32,000 nt of DNA from Candidatus Nitrosopumilus koreensis AR1 (GCF_000299365.1 NC_018655.1:1020001-1052000); one strand, 5' to 3'. Positions 16,763 through 24,749 are shown, counted from the first letter of the stretch. Numbers and translations: made by a program. Notes: a model not told the origin generated them from the letters alone.

Positions 16763-18475
16763 TCAGGATACAATATAGAGCGAGTACTCCAAATTGCGGA
16801 CGAGACTCTGACTCATCTTTGTAAATTTGAAATCCAAATCCTTGGCTTTATCATATACAGAATCATCAATTACTACAGTATTTGGTAAGGCATAATGATT
16901 AATCTTGAACACAGTGTTTACAGGCTCACCAAAGATGTCATCAAGGGACAAATCAGCAGTCTTAGCTGCATGAACCAACCCATATGCAGAACTTATTCTG
17001 TAAGATATGCCAGGAAGATTCTCAGAAGTAGTTTTCTCATTTAGTTCACCATACATTTGGGACAATTCGATGCAACATTTGAGCATATTTGACAAAGTAT
17101 CTTTGTTATCAGAAACTGGGAAATAAAACAAAATGGCATCATCTACAATTTTGATCGGGATTCCTTCGTATTTTTTTATTACAGGAACTACTGAATCAGA
17201 GAAAATATGACCATACTTTTGTTTTTGTTCTGCAGATAGAGACTCAGATATTTTCACAGAACCAACAAGATCTATCAAACACACATAACTGTCCTGCTTT
17301 TCTTCAAAGAATTTAGACAGAATATTTCCTTGTTGCTTGATTATGTTTTCTCGTTTTCCTATTGCAGAGATTGTTTCTTCTATGGTCTTTGCCATATTAT
17401 CAAAGGATGCAGATAACTGCTCAATCTCATCATTTGTTTTGATGTTTGTTCTAACATCAAAATTCCCTGAAGATATTTCCTTAGCTGCATTACGTAATTT
17501 GAGAATTGGTTGTGATATTCTTCTTGATAAAATCAGTGTAACAATACTTGCAATGACGATAAGACTGATTCCAACAATTATTATCTTGTTTTGTAATTCT
17601 GTAATTGGTTTTAAGATAGAAGACTCATCAACCTCAGTCAACAAGACAAATCCTAGGTCTTTTTGACAGTAAGAATACCCAAAGATGTCAACATTTCTGT
17701 AATCTGTATAATCTGCAGCCTCTACATTTCTTCCATTATCAAAGCATTCCCTTACTGCAAATGTGTCTACTTTTTGGTTAAACGGTGCATTTTCAAAAAA
17801 TATTGATTCAGAAAGCATCATCTTGTTTTTACTTACCAAGTAAACCTCACCTGTTTCATGCAAACCAAATCTGTTCAGCAAAACATCATCAAACACAGAG
17901 CTGCCCATACTTGCAATCATCACACCCACTTGATTGCCAGTATCTGAAAAAATAGGCAGTGAGATTTTCATTAGTCGGTTTTTGTCAGGATCTTGTGTAA
18001 ATTCAACAGTAGTTTTACTTACTTTGTAATTGCCTTTGATGTAGGTTATAGGATCAATTTTTTCATTTAATGAGAAAATTGGTTTTCCCCTCATGTTAAT
18101 AATTTGAAGATCCCGTATTCCAGCTTCAAACTCATTTAACTGGAATGAATGAAATTCAGTCTGAATATGTGGAAGTTGTTCTACAAGAATATTATGAAAT
18201 GAAATATCATCAAGTCCAGGAATCAAAACATCAAAGGATTCTCGGATAACCTGATTTTGTGAGAAGCTTTGTAATTTTGTAATTCGTGATTCAATAATGG
18301 ATGAGATTACCTGACCACGTGTTTCGGATTCATCTTTTAGCGACTCTTTTACATTGTTTTTAATTACGCTGTCTGCAAAATTATAGGCAAGTCCAGTAGT
18401 CACTGCAATTGATGCTATGCTTATGGCAAGCATCAACACAATCAGTTTGGTACTGATACTTACAAAAGACTTCAT
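16763..18475 (-). CDS. Membrane sensor: extracytoplasmic Cache-like domain, HAMP, C-terminal class III cyclase-homology-like domain
   Basis: Two TM helices flank a ~270-aa outside domain. HAMP is 'SRRISQPILKLRNAAKEISSGNFDVRTNIKTNDEIEQLSASFDNMAKTI'. The C-terminal 'CLIDLVGS', 'KIVDDAILFYF' and 'GEPVNTVFKI' align by eye with the nucleotidyl-cyclase metal-Asp and Asn motifs. Confidence 0.6.
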   Translation of the reverse strand: MKSFVSISTKLIVLMLAISIASIAVTTGLAYNFADSVIKNNVKESLKDESETRGQVISSIIESRITKLQSFSQNQVIRESFDVLIPGLDDISFHNILVEQLPHIQTEFHSFQLNEFEAGIRDLQIINMRGKPIFSLNEKIDPITYIKGNYKVSKTTVEFTQDPDKNRLMKISLPIFSDTGNQVGVMIASMGSSVFDDVLLNRFGLHETGEVYLVSKNKMMLSESIFFENAPFNQKVDTFAVRECFDNGRNVEAADYTDYRNVDIFGYSYCQKDLGFVLLTEVDESSILKPITELQNKIIIVGISLIVIASIVTLILSRRISQPILKLRNAAKEISSGNFDVRTNIKTNDEIEQLSASFDNMAKTIEETISAIGKRENIIKQQGNILSKFFEEKQDSYVCLIDLVGSVKISESLSAEQKQKYGHIFSDSVVPVIKKYEGIPIKIVDDAILFYFPVSDNKDTLSNMLKCCIELSQMYGELNEKTTSENLPGISYRISSAYGLVHAAKTADLSLDDIFGEPVNTVFKINHYALPNTVVIDDSVYDKAKDLDFKFTKMSQSLVRNLEYSLYIVS

Positions 18476-18544
18476 TTGATTTGTAATAGATTTCTGAGTA
18501 TTTTAATCATCTATATGGTAAAACCATCAGAAATTCCAAATGAT

Positions 18545-19345
18545 TTATTCTTTGAGTTTACTTTCTTTGAAGACGTCAGAGCCGTACCAACAATATCTAA
18601 AGTAATCAAGGCACCATTCATGAAACATTTGATCATTCGAATAAAACATTTCAGAAATATCTGATTCGTTATCATTTGTAGGAAACATTATGCATGCCTC
18701 CTTTTCATTTAGGACAAGCACAGTATGTACATCTTTTACCATTTTTCTTTCAACAAATCCTTTTTCAATCAATTTGTCAAACCCTAATTTCTTCAGCAAT
18801 GCCTTTCTGCCTTTTGGAATAACAGTATTTTCTGCATAGATATAGTGGAATTGGACTCCTTTCTTTACCTGTTTGACTAAAGGTTCTATTAAATCAAGAG
18901 GCACCTCTGAAACTACCTCATAGATGTATTTTTCAGAATTTTTGTAAATGCTCTTCCATTGTTCAAGTACTTTAGAAACTCCTTTGATATGCTTGTTCAA
19001 TGCAAGCTGTCCGCAACGCATATTGAATTTGTGGGGAACGTCTCCAAAGCTATGCTTTTCAAAATATTGCAGATTCTGCATCAAAAATACCAAAGAAGGA
19101 ACTTGAGAGCATATGATTTTACCAAATGTTGTCAGTTCAAATGTTCCCCCTGATGTTTTTTTAATCAATCCATTTTTTTCAAGTCGTGAGAAATTCCTAT
19201 GAACTTCCTGTCGTGTTGCCTGAAGTTCTTTTGCACATGTAGTCGGGGTCAAATTCCTACTAAGTAACATGAACAATATGTTTAGTCTCTGAGGACTTGC
19301 AAGCTCCAAAACATAATCAGCCGTTTTGTCAATAAGATCTTCCAT
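18545..19345 (-). CDS. ArsR-type winged-helix regulator with FilR1/DUF1724-like C-terminal domain
   Basis: The N-terminal wHTH is 'SPQRLNILFMLLSRNLTPTTCAKELQATRQEVHRNFSRLEKNGLIKK'. A ~170-aa C-terminal domain matches that archaeal family in size and layout. Confidence 0.7.
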   Translation of the reverse strand: MEDLIDKTADYVLELASPQRLNILFMLLSRNLTPTTCAKELQATRQEVHRNFSRLEKNGLIKKTSGGTFELTTFGKIICSQVPSLVFLMQNLQYFEKHSFGDVPHKFNMRCGQLALNKHIKGVSKVLEQWKSIYKNSEKYIYEVVSEVPLDLIEPLVKQVKKGVQFHYIYAENTVIPKGRKALLKKLGFDKLIEKGFVERKMVKDVHTVLVLNEKEACIMFPTNDNESDISEMFYSNDQMFHEWCLDYFRYCWYGSDVFKESKLKE

Positions 19346-19402
19346 AATTACTTGCCATATAGTTCACTTAAAAATCAGTAGAAATAGGTTCAGGTAAAAT
19401 AA

Positions 19403-19945
19403 TCAGGCAGTATTCCATGGACGTGACTCCAAAAAATCAATCTCTGCAACCATATCATCGACTTTCTTGACTACTGCAAATATTGAACGATATTCATCAT
19501 ACATATCAGATTCTTCCTGAGGAGTAAGAACACTGGATTCGGCATCATCAAAAAACTTGTTTTCCTTGTTCAAGTGGTCATTAAGGAACACAGCATATGT
19601 TTTGAGATAGCGTATGACATTTTCCCTGGCATCCTCGCCATTCTTCCATCTTTTGAGGTGATGTGAAAGTTTTCTTGCAACATTTCTTCCAAGCTCATGT
19701 TCTACAAGGAATTTGTGGATCTCATCTTTGAGAGAACCATGACTTGAAACGCAAGGAAAGTAAGAGTCTTCTTCCCTAGAATGATGAATTGTGTCAATAA
19801 ATTCAGAGATGACAATTGTAATTTTTGTCAAATCAGAAAATGGAATTTCTTCTCCTTTGTTAAGTTCACCCACACACTTGAAAATAATTTTCTCCAATCT
19901 TCGTACATGTACATGGTCTTCTCTCAGAGTATTCGTTGCACTCAT
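19403..19945 (-). CDS. Hemerythrin-like (HHE cation-binding) domain protein
   Basis: Repeated His/Glu motifs: 'REDHVHVRRLEK', 'IHHSREEDSYFP', 'VEHELGRN', 'LNDHLNKENKFF'. Confidence 0.7.
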   Translation of the reverse strand: MSATNTLREDHVHVRRLEKIIFKCVGELNKGEEIPFSDLTKITIVISEFIDTIHHSREEDSYFPCVSSHGSLKDEIHKFLVEHELGRNVARKLSHHLKRWKNGEDARENVIRYLKTYAVFLNDHLNKENKFFDDAESSVLTPQEESDMYDEYRSIFAVVKKVDDMVAEIDFLESRPWNTA

Positions 19946-19948
19946 TTT

Positions 19949-20176
19949 CTACTCCTTTGAGGACAAAAAATTCCTAAGAATTTCTGCAGCTCCAGAAGTA
20001 TCACATGCTTCAAGCCTGTCAAGAAGATAAGAATCGGCTTCTATTTCATTCATTTTTTCTTTAAGATTACGATATTTTTCTGCATCATCATAATAATTTA
20101 AAATCTGAGTTAAATCATCAGATGAAATACCACTTTCTTTAAGTTTAGATTCAAGATCTTCTTTTTTCAATGACAT
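19949..20176 (-). CDS. Small acidic hypothetical protein (75 aa)
   Basis: ATG ORF whose stop lies 3 nt before the hemerythrin start. Helical, charged sequence. Confidence 0.45.
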   Translation of the reverse strand: MSLKKEDLESKLKESGISSDDLTQILNYYDDAEKYRNLKEKMNEIEADSYLLDRLEACDTSGAAEILRNFLSSKE

Positions 20177-20238
20177 TAATCACTCTCTAAATTATATTTA
20201 AAACCACATTACATTTTCCATGTTGAATAATGCTGGTG

Positions 20239-21573
20239 TCATGTAACATTTACAGTACCTTTCATCCATGGATGTAATGTACAGATATAATCAATGATGC
20301 CAGGATTTTCAAATGTATGACTCCAAGTTTTGCCCGCTTGAATAAATTCTGAATCAAATGATTTTTCATTATCAGTCACAGTATGTACAACAGAATCATC
20401 GTTTGTCCAAGTTACTGTTGTTCCAGATTTTACCTCGATGGAAATTGGATCATAAGATTCCACAACATCTGGATTCCAAGAGCCTTTTACAATTGAAACT
20501 TTATCAGTTTGGACTTTTTCAGTATGGCTGACCTGAACCTGACCTAAATTCTCATATGAGATTATCTTTGGTTGTTCTAATGATTTTATCAATTCTTCTT
20601 GCCATTCTATCATGGAATAGCTTCCTTTGTTGTTACTTGGAGTTTGAATATCAGTTAATGAGGATGCATCCTCAAGCACTTCAATAATTGCCATAGAGCC
20701 ACGTTCTTCCTGAATACCGTGAACATGGAACAAGTATCTACCAGGAGTGTCCCAAGTAGCTTCAATAATTGCAGTATCACCATTTCCAATCAAATGTGTC
20801 TGTGCAAAATATGGTTCATTCCATAAAATTCCTGATGGGTAGACCTGCATTATTGTACTGTGTATATGAAAAGGGGATTGCAACACGCCACCAATACCAA
20901 CTACATAAAATCGTGTCAGATCTCCAGCTACAACTTTGATTGGGTGTTCCATGTATTGACCAGCATACCCGTTAATTGGATAGTATTTTGTAAAATACGC
21001 TAGAGTGTCAGTAGGATCAAACTCACTTAAAGTGAAAAAGTACTCTCTTGCAGGCTCCATTGGTCGTATTGCAGGATCAATTATCATTGTACCAAACATC
21101 CCCATTCGAACATGTTCAGTTGTGGGAAATGCATGACAATGATACATGAAAAGACCTGCCTCTTCTGCGATAAAGTGATACGTGTATTCTTCTCCAGGCA
21201 TTATCATTGGAAACACACCATCATTTACAGAGTCATGAGTTCCATGGAAATGAATAGTATGTGCATATGGAGTATCATTAACAAACTTGACAGTAACATC
21301 ATCCCCTTCGCTAAATCTAAGAGTAGGAGCTGGAACTGTTCCATTATATGTCCAAACTGTTGCACGTTCACCACCAGCTACTTCAATTTCTGCATCTTGG
21401 GCAATTAGTGTATAATGTAATGTCTGAGGATTTGGATTCTCAAATTTTGGATAGATATTAGACGAGTCTGCAATAGTAGTTTGTAATTCAGGAGATTGAA
21501 TCAGTAATGCAGATGCAATACCGACCCCTATAATCACCCCTACAATAACATACAGAGTACTTGGCTTGATCAT
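20239..21573 (-). CDS. Two-domain multicopper oxidase (NirK-superfamily) with fused C-terminal plastocyanin-like cupredoxin domain, paralog 1
   Basis: N-terminal anchor. Copper motifs 'HTIHFHGTH', 'MYHCHAFPTTEHVRMGMFG', 'FHIHS' and 'LFHVHGIQEERGSM'. The C-terminal type-1 Cu site is 'VVHTVT...YICTLHPWMKG'. Confidence 0.85.
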   Translation of the reverse strand: MIKPSTLYVIVGVIIGVGIASALLIQSPELQTTIADSSNIYPKFENPNPQTLHYTLIAQDAEIEVAGGERATVWTYNGTVPAPTLRFSEGDDVTVKFVNDTPYAHTIHFHGTHDSVNDGVFPMIMPGEEYTYHFIAEEAGLFMYHCHAFPTTEHVRMGMFGTMIIDPAIRPMEPAREYFFTLSEFDPTDTLAYFTKYYPINGYAGQYMEHPIKVVAGDLTRFYVVGIGGVLQSPFHIHSTIMQVYPSGILWNEPYFAQTHLIGNGDTAIIEATWDTPGRYLFHVHGIQEERGSMAIIEVLEDASSLTDIQTPSNNKGSYSMIEWQEELIKSLEQPKIISYENLGQVQVSHTEKVQTDKVSIVKGSWNPDVVESYDPISIEVKSGTTVTWTNDDSVVHTVTDNEKSFDSEFIQAGKTWSHTFENPGIIDYICTLHPWMKGTVNVT

Positions 21574-21674
21574 AATATCACCGACAGTACAACTATTGAA
21601 ATTCCTGCAATAGCATAAAATGCCCAGAATGCTTTTTTGTGTCTTGGAGGATTTTGCTTAGCTTGAGATTTCAT
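21570..21674 (-). CDS. 34-aa membrane micro-ORF translationally coupled to oxidase paralog 1
   Basis: My translation is MKSQAKQNPPRHKKAFWAFYAIAGISIVVLSVIL*. GGAGG lies 7 nt upstream of the ATG. The stop TGA overlaps the oxidase ATG (ATGA). Confidence 0.4.
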   Translation of the reverse strand: MKSQAKQNPPRHKKAFWAFYAIAGISIVVLSVIL

Positions 21675-21697
21675 TGTATTCCTCCTTTAGAAAAAAC

Positions 21698-21759
21698 TGC
21701 GAGAACAGTGTGAAAAAAGTCACACTTGTTTTCGTGTCTATGGGGATAGCGTTCTCGCA
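21698..21759. promoter_or_regulatory. Nested inverted repeats in the divergent oxidase-1 / zinc-ribbon-1 intergenic region
   Basis: TGCGAGAAC (21698-21706) pairs with GTTCTCGCA (21751-21759). These enclose AGTGTGA-aaaaag-TCACACT (21707-21726). Confidence 0.4.
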
Positions 21760-21875
21760 TATTCAGAATATACCAAAAGAAAGGATTAATCTTCGTCAGC
21801 TGTATAGCTTACATGTAACGCTAGATGAGACAAAATTCTTTGAGAAAAAAAATAATGCAAATTAGGAGGAATTGA

Positions 21876-22097
21876 TTGTCTAGAAATTCAGGTCCATTTC
21901 CATCATGTGTTGGAGAATGTAAAAAGTATCAAGTAAAAAGACCTCTGAAGGGTAGAAGATACGAGTTAGGACAGAAGAGATGTCAAACACGCAACCAATG
22001 GCTAGAATACGATGGGATTAGGTGCCCATGTTGCAATTACAGGCTCAGAACAGGTGCACGAAGCAGAACAACAGAAAAAATAGTGCCTAGAATATGA
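21876..22097 (+). CDS. Small basic Cys-rich (zinc-ribbon-like) protein, paralog 1
   Basis: 'PSCVGECKKYQVKRP...RCQTRNQWLEYDGIRCPCCNYRLRTGARSR' aligns with 24496..24699. It is divergent from an oxidase gene. The start is TTG in the track. Confidence 0.5.
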   Translation: MSRNSGPFPSCVGECKKYQVKRPLKGRRYELGQKRCQTRNQWLEYDGIRCPCCNYRLRTGARSRTTEKIVPRI

Positions 22098-22140
22098 ACA
22101 TTCCAATTATCTGATTTTTAAAAAAATGGAGTAAATGGGT

Positions 22141-22236
22141 TTAGGAGATTTCCTTTCCACATTTACTTGAACATATTTTTTCAAACAAGCTGACAAACTC
22201 TCGTCCACAATGAATACATTTTTTGAGAATTTTCAT
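22141..22236 (-). CDS. Possible 31-aa zinc-ribbon micro-protein
   Basis: My translation is MKILKKCIHCGREFVSLFEKICSSKCGKEIS*. Its ATG overlaps the TAA of the upstream micro-ORF by 1 nt. Confidence 0.3.
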   Translation of the reverse strand: MKILKKCIHCGREFVSLFEKICSSKCGKEIS

Positions 22237-22373
22237 TAGTTATGAAACAGCTCCACAAAGTCGCAGGAATTGCAAAACTTTGCTTGGATCTTTCTCCAAG
22301 GCTGTCGTGCATGGATAGAGACATTCGTGTCACTTGTGTGAATTAGGTTTGAACACTTTGGACATGATTCCAT
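22236..22373 (-). CDS. Possible 45-aa zinc-ribbon micro-protein
   Basis: My translation is MESCPKCSNLIHTSDTNVSIHARQPWRKIQAKFCNSCDFVELFHN*, with CPKC...CNSC. Confidence 0.3.
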   Translation of the reverse strand: MESCPKCSNLIHTSDTNVSIHARQPWRKIQAKFCNSCDFVELFHN

Positions 22374-22508
22374 GTTCTTAGTTATTGCACAATGATATTA
22401 CAAGTGGTAAACAACACAGTTGCTTTGTCATAAGACAAGCTGACAGACTTGGCTACAATTTTTCAAAACATAATACATAATTAACTAACAATTATTGTAA
22501 AGAAGCAA

Positions 22509-23042
22509 TTGAGCACTGAACAAAAAAAGAAAACAGAGACAATGTCGTTTAGGTTAGACAGTCAGATCTTAGGTAAATTACGAGCAGAGTCAGAATCTCA
22601 AGGGGTCAGTTTGAATACATTGGCAAGTAAGATCTTTTCAAGATATGTAGATTGGGGCATGTTTGAGCCTAAAGTAGGAATGGTGCCAATAGCAAAACCC
22701 ATTGTAACTGCATTATTTCAAAAACTTTCAGAACAAGAGACTATTGATCTTGCAAAACAAATTGGCAAAAGTATCGTGTCAGATATAGCCACATTCATGA
22801 AAGGCTCATTTGATCTAGACTCATTTGTATCATGGTTTATCACGAGAATGAAAATATCTGATTTTGAGTTGAACCACACGATAAATAATTCAAAACACAG
22901 TTTCATAATAAAACATGACTTGGGATACAACTGGTCACTGTATCACAAAACAGTACTGGAATTAATTTTCAATGAGGCATTTGAGAAAAAAATTGATTTT
23001 GAGATAAAAGATAGAATGATGGAATTAAGTTTTGAGAAATAA
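22509..23042 (+). CDS. Ribbon-helix-helix (CopG/Arc-like) N-terminal domain protein
   Basis: 'MSFRLDSQILGKLRAESESQGVSLNTLASKIFSRYVDW' has a strand-helix-helix pattern. The likely true start is the ATG at 22542. The C-terminal ~130 aa are unknown. Confidence 0.55.
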   Translation: MSTEQKKKTETMSFRLDSQILGKLRAESESQGVSLNTLASKIFSRYVDWGMFEPKVGMVPIAKPIVTALFQKLSEQETIDLAKQIGKSIVSDIATFMKGSFDLDSFVSWFITRMKISDFELNHTINNSKHSFIIKHDLGYNWSLYHKTVLELIFNEAFEKKIDFEIKDRMMELSFEK

Positions 23043-24404
23043 TCAAACAGCCTTGATTGTTCCAGTCATCCATGGATGAAGCATACAGTAGTATTCATAC
23101 AAACCCACACTTTCAAATGTCTGCTCAAATGCATCACCAGGCATCATCATGCCAGAATCAAACAATTCATCATTGCTTGTCACAGTATGAACTGAGATGT
23201 CCTTGTTTGTCCACGTGACAGTATCACCTTTCTGAATCTGTGTCAATTTAGGATAGTATGACTTGTTTGAAGATTTTATCGCAGAACCTTCTTCTACTTC
23301 ACAAAGAGTGGTTTCAACTATCTGGGATTCATCGGTATTCTGTGCAAATGTGAGATGTTCTTCATGACTAGATGTACTTGCAGCAGTTTTTGTGATTTCT
23401 GCAGATTTGTCAGGAGATTCCAGTTCTGTGAAAACTTGTTTTTGCCAATCCCACATATCAATGGATTTAGTTCTTGCAACATCAACACCATCTATTGCAT
23501 CAGATGAGGCATCTCTTACATCAAAGTAAGCCATAGTGCCCTTTTCTTCAGGGACACCATGCAAATGGAAGAGATACCTTCCAGGTTCTTTCCATGTAGC
23601 TTCAAAGATTGCAGCATTTCCAGGACCGACCTCCCATGTCTGTGTCTTGATAGGTTCATTTTCCCAGATTCCAGAAACTATAGTATCAAATATTGTACCA
23701 TGAATGTGGAACCCAAATGCAGGGATTGCACCCATATCTACATAATACAATCGGACTAATTCACCAGTTTTTGCAGGCAATGGATTTGTCCAGTATTGAT
23801 CAGCATATCCGTTAAAGAAAACATAATCAGGCGTCCATGTCTCCTGATCTTCCAAATCGTATTCACCTTTGACAAGAACATATTCCCTTGCAGGTTCTAC
23901 TCCTTCTCTAGGATCTACAATGAATGCACCATACAATCCATTTCTAACATGTTCAGACACTGGCATAACATGACAATGGTACATGAAAACCCCTGCAGGT
24001 TCTGCTATGAAATCATACGTGTAAGACTCACCAGGAAGAACTTCTTGAAACACTCCATCATTTTTCTCATTATGATCACCATGAAAATGCATCGTATGTG
24101 GAAGTTTTCCGTTATTGATAAAATTGATAATCACCCTGTCTCCTTCAGTTGCACGTAACGTAGGACCAGGAATTGTTCCGTTATATGTCCAAGCTTCAAC
24201 TCTAACACCTGGAGAAATCTCCAACGTTGTATCTTCAGCAATCACAGTGAATGTTCTTGTAATTGGAGAGCTGTGGACAGAGGGGTCTTGAGCGAATGAT
24301 TGCAAAGGCAATTCGGAATCTAAGAAGAAAACACCTAATGTTACTCCGAGAGATATAACGCCGATGAGCATGATCGTTGTTCTGTCCACGAAACACAATA
24401 TCAC
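23043..24404 (-). CDS. Two-domain multicopper oxidase with fused C-terminal plastocyanin-like domain, paralog 2
   Basis: 'HTMHFHGDH', 'MYHCHVMPVSEHVRNGLYG', 'FHIHGT', 'LFHLHGVPEEKGTM', and C-terminal 'SVHTVT...YYCMLHPWMTG'. The track start is GTG; an alternative ATG is at 24371 (MLIGVISLG). Confidence 0.85.
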   Translation of the reverse strand: MILCFVDRTTIMLIGVISLGVTLGVFFLDSELPLQSFAQDPSVHSSPITRTFTVIAEDTTLEISPGVRVEAWTYNGTIPGPTLRATEGDRVIINFINNGKLPHTMHFHGDHNEKNDGVFQEVLPGESYTYDFIAEPAGVFMYHCHVMPVSEHVRNGLYGAFIVDPREGVEPAREYVLVKGEYDLEDQETWTPDYVFFNGYADQYWTNPLPAKTGELVRLYYVDMGAIPAFGFHIHGTIFDTIVSGIWENEPIKTQTWEVGPGNAAIFEATWKEPGRYLFHLHGVPEEKGTMAYFDVRDASSDAIDGVDVARTKSIDMWDWQKQVFTELESPDKSAEITKTAASTSSHEEHLTFAQNTDESQIVETTLCEVEEGSAIKSSNKSYYPKLTQIQKGDTVTWTNKDISVHTVTSNDELFDSGMMMPGDAFEQTFESVGLYEYYCMLHPWMTGTIKAV

Positions 24405-24430
24405 AGATTGCTTTTAATCAGGAGGTTTAT

Positions 24431-24450
24431 TTTGCAAACATTTGCAAACA
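24431..24450. promoter_or_regulatory. Perfect tandem TTTGCAAACA x2 in the divergent oxidase-2 / zinc-ribbon-2 intergenic region
   Basis: TTTGCAAACATTTGCAAACA. Each unit contains the palindrome TTTGCAAA, and the centres are 10 bp apart. Confidence 0.45.
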
Positions 24451-24495
24451 ACATAATACGCTGTTCTTATGTACAATGTTTTTTTCTAATCTGTC

Positions 24496-24699
24496 TTGGC
24501 ACCAAGATGTAAGGGACATTGTATTGATTTTAAGATAAAACGATTTGAGGGAGGAATAAAGTATCAAAATGGATTAAAGTGGTGTACGATATGTTCAAGA
24601 TTTATTCAGACAGATCTTATACGTTGTTCTTGTTGCAACACAAAATTGCGAGTAAGAGCTAAGAACAGAATATATCAAAAAAAGATTCAAAGAATTTGA
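24496..24699 (+). CDS. Small basic Cys-rich (zinc-ribbon-like) protein, paralog 2
   Basis: 'PRCKGHCIDFKIKRF...WCTICSRFIQTDLIRCSCCNTKLRVRAKNR' has CxxxC, CxxC and CxCC. It is divergent from oxidase paralog 2. Confidence 0.5.
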   Translation: MAPRCKGHCIDFKIKRFEGGIKYQNGLKWCTICSRFIQTDLIRCSCCNTKLRVRAKNRIYQKKIQRI

Positions 24700-24749
24700 C
24701 AAGGACATTTTCAAAAAATGAAAATCTCAGATTGGTTTAATTACAAAAT

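Noticed and set aside
21674-21865. 63-aa plus-strand ORF in the oxidase-1 / zinc-ribbon-1 intergenic region
   Set aside because: It starts with TTG, spans the inverted-repeat control region, and has no motif. It begins at the same nucleotide as the better-supported minus-strand micro-ORF start.
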